Of a DNA stretch of 64,000 nt, positions 26,974 to 36,073 are shown piece after piece. The DNA comes from Acinetobacter phage Ab1-TPeters. The stretch is taken from the sequence record PP763253.1. One strand, given 5' to 3'. Positions within the stretch are counted from its first letter, which is position 1. The number at the start of each line of letters is the position of its first letter. Both the position numbers and the translations under genes were made by a program. A model generated the notes under the pieces. That model saw nothing but the letters and a program-made list of their open reading frames with translations, made no database searches and had not been told where the DNA came from.

Positions 26974-29112
26974 ATGAGCATTAAAGATAATTTAGAATCA
27001 AAAACGTTCCAAGAAATTGGTGGAATTATTACAGAAAACCACCATGATGAGCAAACACGTGATATCAAATTGATTGCAGAATCATTGAGTAATCCAGATG
27101 AATTAAAAACTTATCTAACCTCTGATGCTGGTGTTGAGCCTATAACAGGCGTTGCTGATGGTAACTATTTCAATGTTCGCTCATCTAGTGATGAGCTATA
27201 TACTGATGAGTATCAGAATGTTAACGGTAGTGCTATTGCGACTGGTAAGCGGTGTTTGAGTGCATTAGGGGTGCAGATCCAAGATAAGCTAGCAAGCACT
27301 ATCAAAGATGTGAGTGGAAAGGATCAACAAGAGATTAATGATGAAAATAAAAATAGTCTATTCCGCGTGAATGGAAAAGCAATTGGTATTGTTCCGTTTC
27401 TGGATATTTCATCTGCCCTGTCTGGATTTTTAAATAGCAAAGATGTGCAAGAAATCTATCTAGACGGTGAATATCTACTGAACTCTCAAATTGTTGTGGA
27501 AGCTGGAGCAACACCTAAAAAGATTTTCTGTTCTGACAGCACAATATTGAAGCCAGCAGTTGCTGGAAGTTTGCCGTTATTTGATCTTTATTCATCGGTT
27601 GAATTTCATAACGCAACTTTTGACTACCAAAATGGCAATTGCTTTACGACTCTGAGATACCGACCGAACTGTGGCCTTGTTAAACTTAGAGATATTAAGA
27701 TAAAAAATATTAAAGACATGGTTAGTTCCTACGGAACAATCATTTTCTTTATTTCGACGGAGGGCAATAAACTAGATATTGATGGCGTTTCATTTGAGAA
27801 TTGTCTAAAATTAGGTAATGGCAGTATTACTGATAGTGCCGGATCATTGAACGGGATCTATTATTACGGGAATACTGGGTTGGTGCGAGGTGAAATTAAG
27901 AATATCTATGCCAAAGAATTTCACAATATCAATGCTTCATCTCAAATTATTATCGAAGATACGGCAGTAGTTTATCCTGCTACCGCAGGAGCATACACTC
28001 CTCTGACTATTGAAAACGTGATTGGTGATGAATTTGGAAAGCGACTAGTAAAGGCTCAATCATCAGGCATTACTTTTAGAAATATTCGCGGCACATCAAC
28101 AACAGGGGACTCACTATCTGTTCTTGGTATTCTGTCAGAGGTTGGTCAGTTTACATCAAACAATAATATTGTTTCTGGTGTGTATGCGCGCGGGAATATG
28201 GATTATGGATATGCAGATTCTGGGGTTAATACACAGGTCGATAACCTCGATATTGATTTATATGGATCAAATGCGCTAAATGATGGAAATCTGCACTTTG
28301 GCGCATATCTCGCATCACAGGCAAGGAAAAACACTATCTCTAATTCAAAAATCAAAGCTCGTAGACCTATAGGGATTAATCCATCGCTGATAGGAGAGCC
28401 CATTGAAGATTTGAACCTTGATAATGTTGATCTTGAACTGACTGATGCTGGAAATGTGTTTATCGACATTCCTGGAAATGCTTCTTTAACAAACGGTGCA
28501 ATTAAGCGATTGACAGCAAAACTGACACTAAGAACATCAACAACAAGAACAAAGGGCGCACAACTTATGAGCACATTTGATGCTCAAAAGAACTACAGCG
28601 ATTTTGACCTTGATGTTAAGTTTGTTGATAAATCTAGTGCTTCATGGAAAGCAGTTCTTGGTGGCTTTCACTATATTAAGAACTTAACATTAAGAGCTAA
28701 GTTTATTTCAGAAGGTGGCTTGGCTCCAGATCAAATTGGTGACTTAGCAACAATCAGTAACTCGTCTAACGTATTTGTGCATGTTGAGAGCGAGCAGAAG
28801 TTCAACCGTGGAATCATTGCTACAGCGAATAACGGTTTTAAAGTTTCAAAAGACTTTAAAATCGGATCAGCCACTATTGGTCAAATTGTAGCGACTGGCG
28901 CAGGAACAAAGTACGAAGTACCAGATCATATTGCTCTATTTAACGGATTAACCTCTGTTAATGAGGTTCTTCGTGGTTTCGGTTCTACGGCACAACGACC
29001 TGCAAACGCAACGATCGGTTTTCCATATTTTGACACAACTCTCGGTAAGATTGTAAATCTTAAAAGTGTAAACCCTAACGTGTGGGTGGATGCCACAGGT
29101 GTTACCGTTTAA
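26974..29112 (+). CDS. tail fiber/tailspike protein (beta-helix-like), paralog A
   Basis: 712 aa. The N-terminal 'KTFQEIGGIITENHHDEQTRDIKLIAESL' is shared with the 29799 gene. Repetitive Gly/Asn/Ser-rich beta-strand periodicity. Confidence 0.55.
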   Translation: MSIKDNLESKTFQEIGGIITENHHDEQTRDIKLIAESLSNPDELKTYLTSDAGVEPITGVADGNYFNVRSSSDELYTDEYQNVNGSAIATGKRCLSALGVQIQDKLASTIKDVSGKDQQEINDENKNSLFRVNGKAIGIVPFLDISSALSGFLNSKDVQEIYLDGEYLLNSQIVVEAGATPKKIFCSDSTILKPAVAGSLPLFDLYSSVEFHNATFDYQNGNCFTTLRYRPNCGLVKLRDIKIKNIKDMVSSYGTIIFFISTEGNKLDIDGVSFENCLKLGNGSITDSAGSLNGIYYYGNTGLVRGEIKNIYAKEFHNINASSQIIIEDTAVVYPATAGAYTPLTIENVIGDEFGKRLVKAQSSGITFRNIRGTSTTGDSLSVLGILSEVGQFTSNNNIVSGVYARGNMDYGYADSGVNTQVDNLDIDLYGSNALNDGNLHFGAYLASQARKNTISNSKIKARRPIGINPSLIGEPIEDLNLDNVDLELTDAGNVFIDIPGNASLTNGAIKRLTAKLTLRTSTTRTKGAQLMSTFDAQKNYSDFDLDVKFVDKSSASWKAVLGGFHYIKNLTLRAKFISEGGLAPDQIGDLATISNSSNVFVHVESEQKFNRGIIATANNGFKVSKDFKIGSATIGQIVATGAGTKYEVPDHIALFNGLTSVNEVLRGFGSTAQRPANATIGFPYFDTTLGKIVNLKSVNPNVWVDATGVTV

Positions 29113-29317
29113 GCATAAATCCCTTCGTGGATTTTTATTTTGTTTGAAAGTGATAAAACTTATATCGAGATTAGGCGTGGAAAATGAAAGCTATGAGATA
29201 GGCTTGAAAAGAAGATAGAAATATTGCAATCTGAAATCAGGACGCTGGCATACCACATCACACACGGCATACATTTGTTAATGAAGCTAATTAAACTTTA
29301 TCGTAGGTAAATTAATT

Positions 29318-29854
29318 ATGTTCAATCTTAAATTTGATTGGCGTATCATTCCGGCAGTAGCTTTCTTAGCTATTGTTGGATGGTTCACCTATAATTACAA
29401 TCACAATGCTTCTAAAGTTGAATCTCAAGCTGATACAATTACTAAATTAGAAGCTACCCTTAAATCAAATAAGGAACTCTATGAAACTAACATCGGGTTA
29501 CTTAAAGAACAAACTGATCTTCTAAACAGAACTGTTGAGATCGAGAGAGGTTACAATGAAAATATTAAATCATTGGAAAAAGTTATTGCTGCTAATAATT
29601 CTACTAATTCCAGCTTGCTCGTCTCTCTCAGAGACCTCAGATCCAGAAATCAGGAAACTCCAGCTTCCACTGAAACCTACATTCGACGAGTCGATGTTCT
29701 CACAAGATCACTCGAAGAAGTATCAAGAGGTTATGGTGAAGCAAGCTCAGACCATTCAAGAGCTAGAATAGAATTTAATAAATGTAAATCCTATCTGGAT
29801 GATATATACAAATCAAACGATTCAGTTGAGGAATCAAAAGATGCCACACATTAA
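29318..29854 (+). CDS. i-spanin (Rz-like: N-terminal TM + periplasmic coiled coil)
   Basis: TM segment 'IIPAVAFLAIVGWFTY' followed by heptad-rich sequence. An o-spanin-like lipoprotein ORF is embedded in the +1 frame. Confidence 0.5.
   Translation: MFNLKFDWRIIPAVAFLAIVGWFTYNYNHNASKVESQADTITKLEATLKSNKELYETNIGLLKEQTDLLNRTVEIERGYNENIKSLEKVIAANNSTNSSLLVSLRDLRSRNQETPASTETYIRRVDVLTRSLEEVSRGYGEASSDHSRARIEFNKCKSYLDDIYKSNDSVEESKDATH
29556..29771 (+). CDS. o-spanin (Rz1-like outer-membrane lipoprotein), embedded in the i-spanin gene
   Basis: Signal peptide and lipobox 'LLLIILLIPAC' then a short periplasmic domain. Lies entirely within 29318..29854 in another frame, the classic embedded spanin architecture. 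The track start 29535 was trimmed to an internal ATG. Confidence 0.45.
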   Translation: MKILNHWKKLLLLIILLIPACSSLSETSDPEIRKLQLPLKPTFDESMFSQDHSKKYQEVMVKQAQTIQELE

Positions 29855-31820
29855 TTTACAATCAAAAACTGCAGTTGAAATCGATAACCGAATTGCAGCT
29901 CAGCATCATGATCAACAGACAGCGGATATTAAAGCGTTAGCTTTAAAGACTGATTTAGAGCCAAATGAAGCTATAGCTTTAGCTGGAGCTGGAGTTTGGT
30001 CTGAGGTTCCAGCCTTATTAAATAAAGAAGGTCAAGCTAGTGAGTCCGGGAATGCTCAGGCACAAGCGTTAGTTGATCGAACTGATATGTTAAGATATGC
30101 CTCAGGCATATTAGATGAGAGTGGTCTAAGTCAACAAGAACTTAACCGAGACCTAGCATTTAAGTTCGGTCCATTAGCCAAAGGACCTTCTCGTACATTA
30201 TTGAATAAACTAGTAGAACAAGTTTCTATTCGAGATTTTGGTGCGATCGGCGATGGTGCGCTGCATACCGTCCAGGAATGGATTGATTCAGGTAAGTTCA
30301 GTAGCTTAGCTGACATCAAAACTGAATACCCGCATGTTACTGCATTGACGGACTCTGTGGACTGGGCGGCTATGCAGCTATGTATCAACATGCGAAAGAA
30401 TGTTTATGCACCTGCGGGGACTTATCATTTTGGTGATAAACGTCCAGATACTCCACATAGTGGAAGTCCGAACAGAGTTGATAGCTCTGCTTACATCTTT
30501 GGTGACGGTTGTAAAACGATATTTACTAGAAATGCAATAGCAGAGCCTGCAACACGTATCCTAAAGCCAGATGGAACACTGGATATTGATGCTACGGATG
30601 ACATCAACAACGCTGAGGCAGTGTTTGCTATACATGGATCTTACTACAAATTCTCAGACTTTATGATTCGGAACAGTCGTGTAGGCTTCTATTTCGGTCA
30701 AGATTTGAGAAATTTAACTGAAAAGTCGGCTTGTTATAAAAATATTATTAGGGACGTTCAGATTCGTAATTGCGGTACTGGTGTGTTGTTTAGTTCTGCT
30801 TATGGCAACCATTACAATGATATTTCAAACATTCACTTTATTGAAAACCAGATTGACTGTGAAATGCGCAACGGCAAGCATGATGTTGTAACCATTGCGA
30901 ACAATAACCGAAACTATTTCACAAACATCCGGTCAAATCGCTCGATTGTCGGTCTTTGGTGTACAGCTGGTGATACAAATCGGTTTACTTGTTGGGATGG
31001 TGAAGGGTGTGGTGCAAGCCCGACAAACAACCCTTACCCTGTGCCTGTTGGTTTACCTAAACTGGCCGATGGTGTTACGCAGATCACAAACGGTGTTCAC
31101 ATCTTTACTGGTAATGGTCAGCTAAATAAGATCTTTAACTGTCAGATGGAAGCATGTGATGTTGAGTTGTATAACAATAACTATCGAAATAGTTTTGTGA
31201 ACAACGGCTATCATGAGGCAGTCGCAAACAGCACCCAGGTCTACAACCTTCAAGAGCCTGGTTTGTGGCTCTCGCATAACACGGTATTTACGCCATCGTT
31301 CTATAGTATCTCCAATCTAAATACTAACGCTTTCCCGACAGCAACCGATTTCGGGTTTGTTGTAAAATCTATAGCTAGTAAGAACTATACAGGTACACAG
31401 GAAGTAAAAACATCTCGTACTGCATCTAACTATTCAAGAAAGCGTATTTACGACATTGGTGCAGTTGCTGCAAATGGCACAGCTACGGTTAATATTTGGG
31501 GTGACTCTGACCCGTCCTCTGCTGCAAATATCAAAGTAAAGGTAACAGCTTTATCATCCACAGGTATTTTATCATTTGCGAATGAAATGGCTATCAGTGC
31601 GTATAGATCATCAACAAAATCCTTATCGCGTTACTACATGCAAGAGTTGTATAAACTACGCGCATCTGGTCAAGGTGCAGGGGATTCCACCACTGTTATT
31701 GTTCCAACAGTTGCTAATGGTGGTTCATCTACAAGGGACTTGATTCTCACATTAACAATGCCAGCTTATGATATGGCTAGTGTTTTTGTTGAAGTTGAAA
31801 TTATTGTAGCAAAAGTATAG
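29799..31820 (+). CDS. tailspike/depolymerase with pectate-lyase-like beta-helix, paralog B
   Basis: The N-terminal adaptor is shared with 26974. 'IRDFGAIGDGALHT' matches the pectate_lyase_3 'DFGAKGDGxTDDT' signature of tailspike depolymerases. Confidence 0.6.
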   Translation: MIYTNQTIQLRNQKMPHINLQSKTAVEIDNRIAAQHHDQQTADIKALALKTDLEPNEAIALAGAGVWSEVPALLNKEGQASESGNAQAQALVDRTDMLRYASGILDESGLSQQELNRDLAFKFGPLAKGPSRTLLNKLVEQVSIRDFGAIGDGALHTVQEWIDSGKFSSLADIKTEYPHVTALTDSVDWAAMQLCINMRKNVYAPAGTYHFGDKRPDTPHSGSPNRVDSSAYIFGDGCKTIFTRNAIAEPATRILKPDGTLDIDATDDINNAEAVFAIHGSYYKFSDFMIRNSRVGFYFGQDLRNLTEKSACYKNIIRDVQIRNCGTGVLFSSAYGNHYNDISNIHFIENQIDCEMRNGKHDVVTIANNNRNYFTNIRSNRSIVGLWCTAGDTNRFTCWDGEGCGASPTNNPYPVPVGLPKLADGVTQITNGVHIFTGNGQLNKIFNCQMEACDVELYNNNYRNSFVNNGYHEAVANSTQVYNLQEPGLWLSHNTVFTPSFYSISNLNTNAFPTATDFGFVVKSIASKNYTGTQEVKTSRTASNYSRKRIYDIGAVAANGTATVNIWGDSDPSSAANIKVKVTALSSTGILSFANEMAISAYRSSTKSLSRYYMQELYKLRASGQGAGDSTTVIVPTVANGGSSTRDLILTLTMPAYDMASVFVEVEIIVAKV

Positions 31821-32135
31821 TTTGAGAAAGCCCTTCGAGGGTAAACCCCAACAAACCACCAACCCTAATCTAATTAAAGATCAGGGTTTATTTTACATTA
31901 AAATGCTACTCTAAGCAAAAAGTTATATGCAGGTTGAGCATTGAGCACGTTCGATATGTAAAGCAGTTCATATCTAGTCCACCTCTATTAATTCAATTAC
32001 CTAGCTTCGGCTGGGTAATTTCAGCATCGTTCAATTCCAGACTAGCTAACGACTGCCAGATGTCGTCAACGGCTGTATAACTTGTTATACTTTACACCAG
32101 CAGGGGGTAAATAAAATGAAGAGCGGAGTAAATAA

Positions 32136-32834
32136 GTGAAATTGATTTTAGTAAGACATGGTGAATCAGTAGCTAACGTTAATCCTAAGCTATATGATTC
32201 AATTCCAGATCACGCTATTCCTTTATCTGATGAAGGTAAGCTTCAAGCTAAATTTACTGGAGGTTTAATCAGTCGGTATCTTAAATCACAGATATGTAAT
32301 ATTCCAGTTGAACACTTGATATATTCTCCATACAATCGAACTAAAGAGACAACTGAGATTATCTACGATAACTTAAATGGTATAGGTATTAATAGTTTCG
32401 TTGAATATGTTGGAATTCATGAAATAGAAATCTATAATAATCACCCAGACATGCGTGAGAGTAATTGCTATAATATAGATGAAATGGAGGAATACGGTAA
32501 GTTCTGGTTCAAACGAGGTACTGCTGAGTCATTAGCTGATGTATATAAAAGAGCCAAACAGTTCTTACGTGATCTAATTGATCTGAATTTGCCTCAAGGA
32601 ACTCCAGTAATTGTTGTAAGTCATCGTGTGTTTTTGAGAGTTCTAACTTCTATTCTTGAGGGTCACACTATCAAGAAATTATGTAAATCCGGTATTAACT
32701 TTAACAATGCTGAAGCACGAGTGTATGACTTAGATACTCAAAACTCTAAGTTCGGAGTCCCTGAGATTTTAGGCATTAAGAAACTAAACGAAAACAAGGA
32801 ATTATCTTATGTTGAAAACTGCACTTTTAATTAG
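32136..32834 (+). CDS. histidine phosphatase superfamily protein (PGAM-like)
   Basis: N-terminal 'LILVRHGESVAN' RHG catalytic motif. Confidence 0.55.
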   Translation: MKLILVRHGESVANVNPKLYDSIPDHAIPLSDEGKLQAKFTGGLISRYLKSQICNIPVEHLIYSPYNRTKETTEIIYDNLNGIGINSFVEYVGIHEIEIYNNHPDMRESNCYNIDEMEEYGKFWFKRGTAESLADVYKRAKQFLRDLIDLNLPQGTPVIVVSHRVFLRVLTSILEGHTIKKLCKSGINFNNAEARVYDLDTQNSKFGVPEILGIKKLNENKELSYVENCTFN

Positions 32835-33081
32835 CACTATATTACTTCTGACTGGATGCACTGGCCCAGTAAATGTAGATCAGACTGTAGCTTATTCAGA
32901 AGCTATTCCAGATGAACTGAAAGATTGTTCATTTCACTTAGTAAAAGGTGATTGGACGACTAATCACATAACTGTTGTACGTTGCCCTAACTCCACTGTG
33001 TCAACAAGTTATATGCAAGGTAAGACTCAACAAACAGTTGTAGTTATTGATGGAGTAGAATATGTCAAACAAAATCCATAA
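32809..33081 (+). CDS. small lipoprotein
   Basis: Signal peptide plus lipobox 'LLLTGC'. Confidence 0.5.
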   Translation: MLKTALLISTILLLTGCTGPVNVDQTVAYSEAIPDELKDCSFHLVKGDWTTNHITVVRCPNSTVSTSYMQGKTQQTVVVIDGVEYVKQNP

Positions 33082-33289
33082 AATTAGTCAATATCATTAT
33101 GCGATTGCAGATGAAGGTGGCTGGTTACCTGGAGCTTACTATACTTACGAAGCAGCTGAGTTAGCTCTAAAACATAAGTCAAGAGAAGATTGGAGATTTC
33201 TTCAAAGACTTCAAGACATAGCCAATGAACAAGAAAATCCTGAAAACAGAGTTATTTCAGAGAAACTAATATTAGATAACTTAAATTAA
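33062..33289 (+). CDS. hypothetical 75-aa protein (tandem paralog 1)
   Basis: Same length and architecture as 33314..33541, with shared 'KIHKI..Y', 'EEAA.LA', 'RFLQ' and 'RVISE' motifs. Confidence 0.5.
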   Translation: MSNKIHKISQYHYAIADEGGWLPGAYYTYEAAELALKHKSREDWRFLQRLQDIANEQENPENRVISEKLILDNLN

Positions 33290-33313
33290 CAATTTAGCAG
33301 GGATTAAAGGGTT

Positions 33314-33541
33314 ATGCTAAGCAAAGTCCATAAAATAGACGATGGTTTCTATTTAATAAAAGACAATGGAAAGATTTTAGCTGGAGTTTACGACAGTGAA
33401 GAAGCAGCTATATTAGCTTACCGCAGGCGAAATGTTCAGAATGGCAGATTCCTGCAGAAAATCTGGAATAAAGTAAACCAGCGAAGGTTAGTAAGCGATA
33501 GAGTTATTTCAGAAAGGTTTATCATGGATAGCTTAAAATGA
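33314..33541 (+). CDS. hypothetical 75-aa protein (tandem paralog 2)
   Basis: Paralog of 33062..33289. Confidence 0.5.
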   Translation: MLSKVHKIDDGFYLIKDNGKILAGVYDSEEAAILAYRRRNVQNGRFLQKIWNKVNQRRLVSDRVISERFIMDSLK

Positions 33542-33957
33542 ATAGATTTGAACGTAAGTGGTGCAAACAAAATGGGATTCTTTCAGTTGGGAATTGTCCA
33601 GATAAGTATTTAACTAAAAATTCTGAAGGTGAGTATGAGTCTCAAGCTGTTGAGGCAGCTTATCAGGGATATAAGATGTGTGAAGGTAACATCTCTATTA
33701 TCTCAAGACTTTCAGCTGTAGCTATTGATTTAGAAAACAAAATAGAAAACCTATTTTCTAAATTTGAAGTAAGAACTCCAGCTATGAGAATGAGCTTGGA
33801 GTCAGATTTCAGATGCTGTAAAATGCAATATCAACATCTTATTAATTTTGATGAAAAATTTTATGAACTAGAAGAGCTTCAGTTTTATATTAATTTGCTT
33901 CAATCTAAAATGGATTTTGTCATCGAGAATATAACAGGATTGAAGACTCGCAAATAA
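33538..33957 (+). CDS. hypothetical protein
   Basis: 139 aa, no motif. Confidence 0.4.
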   Translation: MNRFERKWCKQNGILSVGNCPDKYLTKNSEGEYESQAVEAAYQGYKMCEGNISIISRLSAVAIDLENKIENLFSKFEVRTPAMRMSLESDFRCCKMQYQHLINFDEKFYELEELQFYINLLQSKMDFVIENITGLKTRK

Positions 33958-33960
33958 CGT

Positions 33961-33985
33961 CAACACCTGTTAAAGTGTAATAACA
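33961..33985 (+). promoter_or_regulatory. motif-2 variant (CAACACCTGTTAAAGTGTAATAACA)
   Basis: Upstream of 34020. A hybrid of the motif-1 and motif-2 half-sites. Confidence 0.35.
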
Positions 33986-34019
33986 CAAAGCCTAAACTTA
34001 AATTATCTGGAGTTACAAA

Positions 34020-34679
34020 ATGAATACATCTAACTTATTTCAAAACCTAAACAAAGCAATGATGGATCAACTTTTCTGTCGAATTGAAAACGTTGTTTGG
34101 GATTTAACAACTGGTGAAGTAGGAATCCTAACTAAAGATGAAATGATTGCAACTTTCACCCCTCCAGCTCTTGAAGAAGTTAACGAAGATTCTCAACCTA
34201 GTGACAACTGTGGTGTAGTTACTCACAATCCATTCTCTGCTATGTCGATGGCTCTTCCAGCTTATGGTCAAAAGATCTCTGCTAGTGAAGTTAAAATCGG
34301 TGACATCATCGTTACTAATAAACAAGCTTCTGGCTGGGTAACTGGAATCCGACCTAATGGTAAATTTGATATCCAGAAAGTTGACGGTAATACAACTAGC
34401 TTCAATCCTCCTAATGTTCAGATTATGGGTTCAGGAACTCAGAATGGCGTTATGGTAGTTCGTACCTTGGTTAACTTGACTGGAGGTAATCTAGGTGGAT
34501 TTAAAGATTCACTTATGCCACTTATGATGATGTCTGGCGGTAGCTTAGATGAGACTCAGTTTGACAAACTTATCCCAATGATGCTGATGGGTGGAATGAA
34601 CGGTGGATCAAATAACATGATGCAAATGTTCATGATGATGTCAATGATGGGTGGTAAGAAAGGTGGTCTACCTTTTTAA
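34020..34679 (+). CDS. hypothetical protein with Met/Gly-rich C-terminal tail
   Basis: 219 aa. The C-terminal 60 residues are dominated by M and G ('MMMSGGS..MMLMGGMNGGSNNMMQMFMMMSMMGGKKGG'). Preceded by a motif-2 variant. Confidence 0.5.
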   Translation: MNTSNLFQNLNKAMMDQLFCRIENVVWDLTTGEVGILTKDEMIATFTPPALEEVNEDSQPSDNCGVVTHNPFSAMSMALPAYGQKISASEVKIGDIIVTNKQASGWVTGIRPNGKFDIQKVDGNTTSFNPPNVQIMGSGTQNGVMVVRTLVNLTGGNLGGFKDSLMPLMMMSGGSLDETQFDKLIPMMLMGGMNGGSNNMMQMFMMMSMMGGKKGGLPF

Positions 34680-34960
34680 GTGCTAGTGAATCTGTAATTG
34701 AGAAGGGTGATAGTTACTTCGATCGCCCTCTTGGTTTACTAGCATTAAAGTACGAAATCTTAGCAAGAGAAGTACTAATTAAAGATTACGTCAATCTAAG
34801 TAACCCTGTTCCAGTTAAATTCACCAAGAGAAACCATAACGGTAAAGTTTTAGTTGAAGTTACTAATGAAGCTGGCGATGTAATCGTTGAATTTAATGGC
34901 AAGAGTATTAAATTCAAGAATGACTACGGATGGGTTAGAACCAGAGGTCAATACTTACAG

Positions 34961-35524
34961 GTGTTTGTGGCTGATCCTTTAGTTGAGAAATTCCAGATAG
35001 TTGGAATGCGCTATGGTGATTATTCTAATATCTATAAGCAAATGACTCTGGATCACTTGGATAGAGAGTTCAGATCAAAGAGCAGAAATGGTGAGAACAT
35101 TTATATGTTCAATGACCCATTCAATGAAGCTGATAAGACTGCAGTTGTATTAAGAGGATCTCGAGGTACATTTGGCTTCTTAGCTAAGAACTGTGCTGGC
35201 TATGGCTCAACTGAGAACATCCGTAGTATAATGGCAGCTTGTGATGAAGTCAAATTAGTTATCAAGGAGTTTACCCAGTCAGCTGCAGATAAGGGTATTG
35301 AGAGCGTAAAGTTTACTGGTGTAGTAGCTATTGACCACTTTGCCTTTGATCCAAAGCTAATTAAGATTAAAGTGCCAATTAGCTTAAACACAAGAACTCC
35401 ATTTGATTCTTACATAAACAACGCGTCTACTCCACCTGAAATTAGAGAACGATTCAGCAGAATTATAAACTCTGATTCCAGCTTTGACTGGGATCTTAAT
35501 CCATTATCGGATGAGGATTGGTAA
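34961..35524 (+). CDS. hypothetical protein (possibly longer: the open frame extends upstream to about 34658 without a start codon)
   Basis: The track ORF starts at a GTG. The same frame stays open for about 100 more codons upstream with no ATG/GTG/TTG, back into the 3' end of the preceding gene. Confidence 0.4.
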   Translation: MFVADPLVEKFQIVGMRYGDYSNIYKQMTLDHLDREFRSKSRNGENIYMFNDPFNEADKTAVVLRGSRGTFGFLAKNCAGYGSTENIRSIMAACDEVKLVIKEFTQSAADKGIESVKFTGVVAIDHFAFDPKLIKIKVPISLNTRTPFDSYINNASTPPEIRERFSRIINSDSSFDWDLNPLSDEDW

Positions 35525-36073
35525 ATGACTACCTTAATTAATATCTTTGGTGGACCTAGTGCTGGTAAAACAACACTTTCACTGGGTCTAACCTACGCCT
35601 TAAAGATGGCTGGATATAAAGCTGAATACGTTCACGAAGTAGCTAAATACCCAGCTTTAGTCAATGACATCAAGTACTTTGATTCCCAGTATCATGTCAC
35701 TAACAATCAACATAAGCTTCTTTCTGCTTACTTAGATAATGGTGATCTTGATTTCGTTATTACTGATGCTCCTTTACCATTGGGTTTAATCTATGGTGAG
35801 CATTATGGTAAACTCGACAAGATCACCAAAGAAGCTATTGAAGATCTTTGCTGTTCAGTTCGCTGTAAATCAGTGGTAAACATCCTCAAAGTATATGATC
35901 CAGAAGTAGCTTACGATCCTGTTGGTCGATATCAAATTCAGACAGAAGCTCACGAAATTCACCGTAAAATGACTAAGTTTATCGCTGGAGTAGATCACAT
36001 TCAGATCGGTAAACTTAACGATGAAGTAATCAAAGATCTCGTAACCAATTTAATAAAGAGACATTTTAAATGA
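35525..36073 (+). CDS. P-loop NTPase/kinase (AAA_28/NadR-kinase-like)
   Basis: N-terminal 'INIFGGPSAGKTTL' Walker A. Small size (182 aa). Directly upstream of the dNMP kinase. Confidence 0.45.
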   Translation: MTTLINIFGGPSAGKTTLSLGLTYALKMAGYKAEYVHEVAKYPALVNDIKYFDSQYHVTNNQHKLLSAYLDNGDLDFVITDAPLPLGLIYGEHYGKLDKITKEAIEDLCCSVRCKSVVNILKVYDPEVAYDPVGRYQIQTEAHEIHRKMTKFIAGVDHIQIGKLNDEVIKDLVTNLIKRHFK

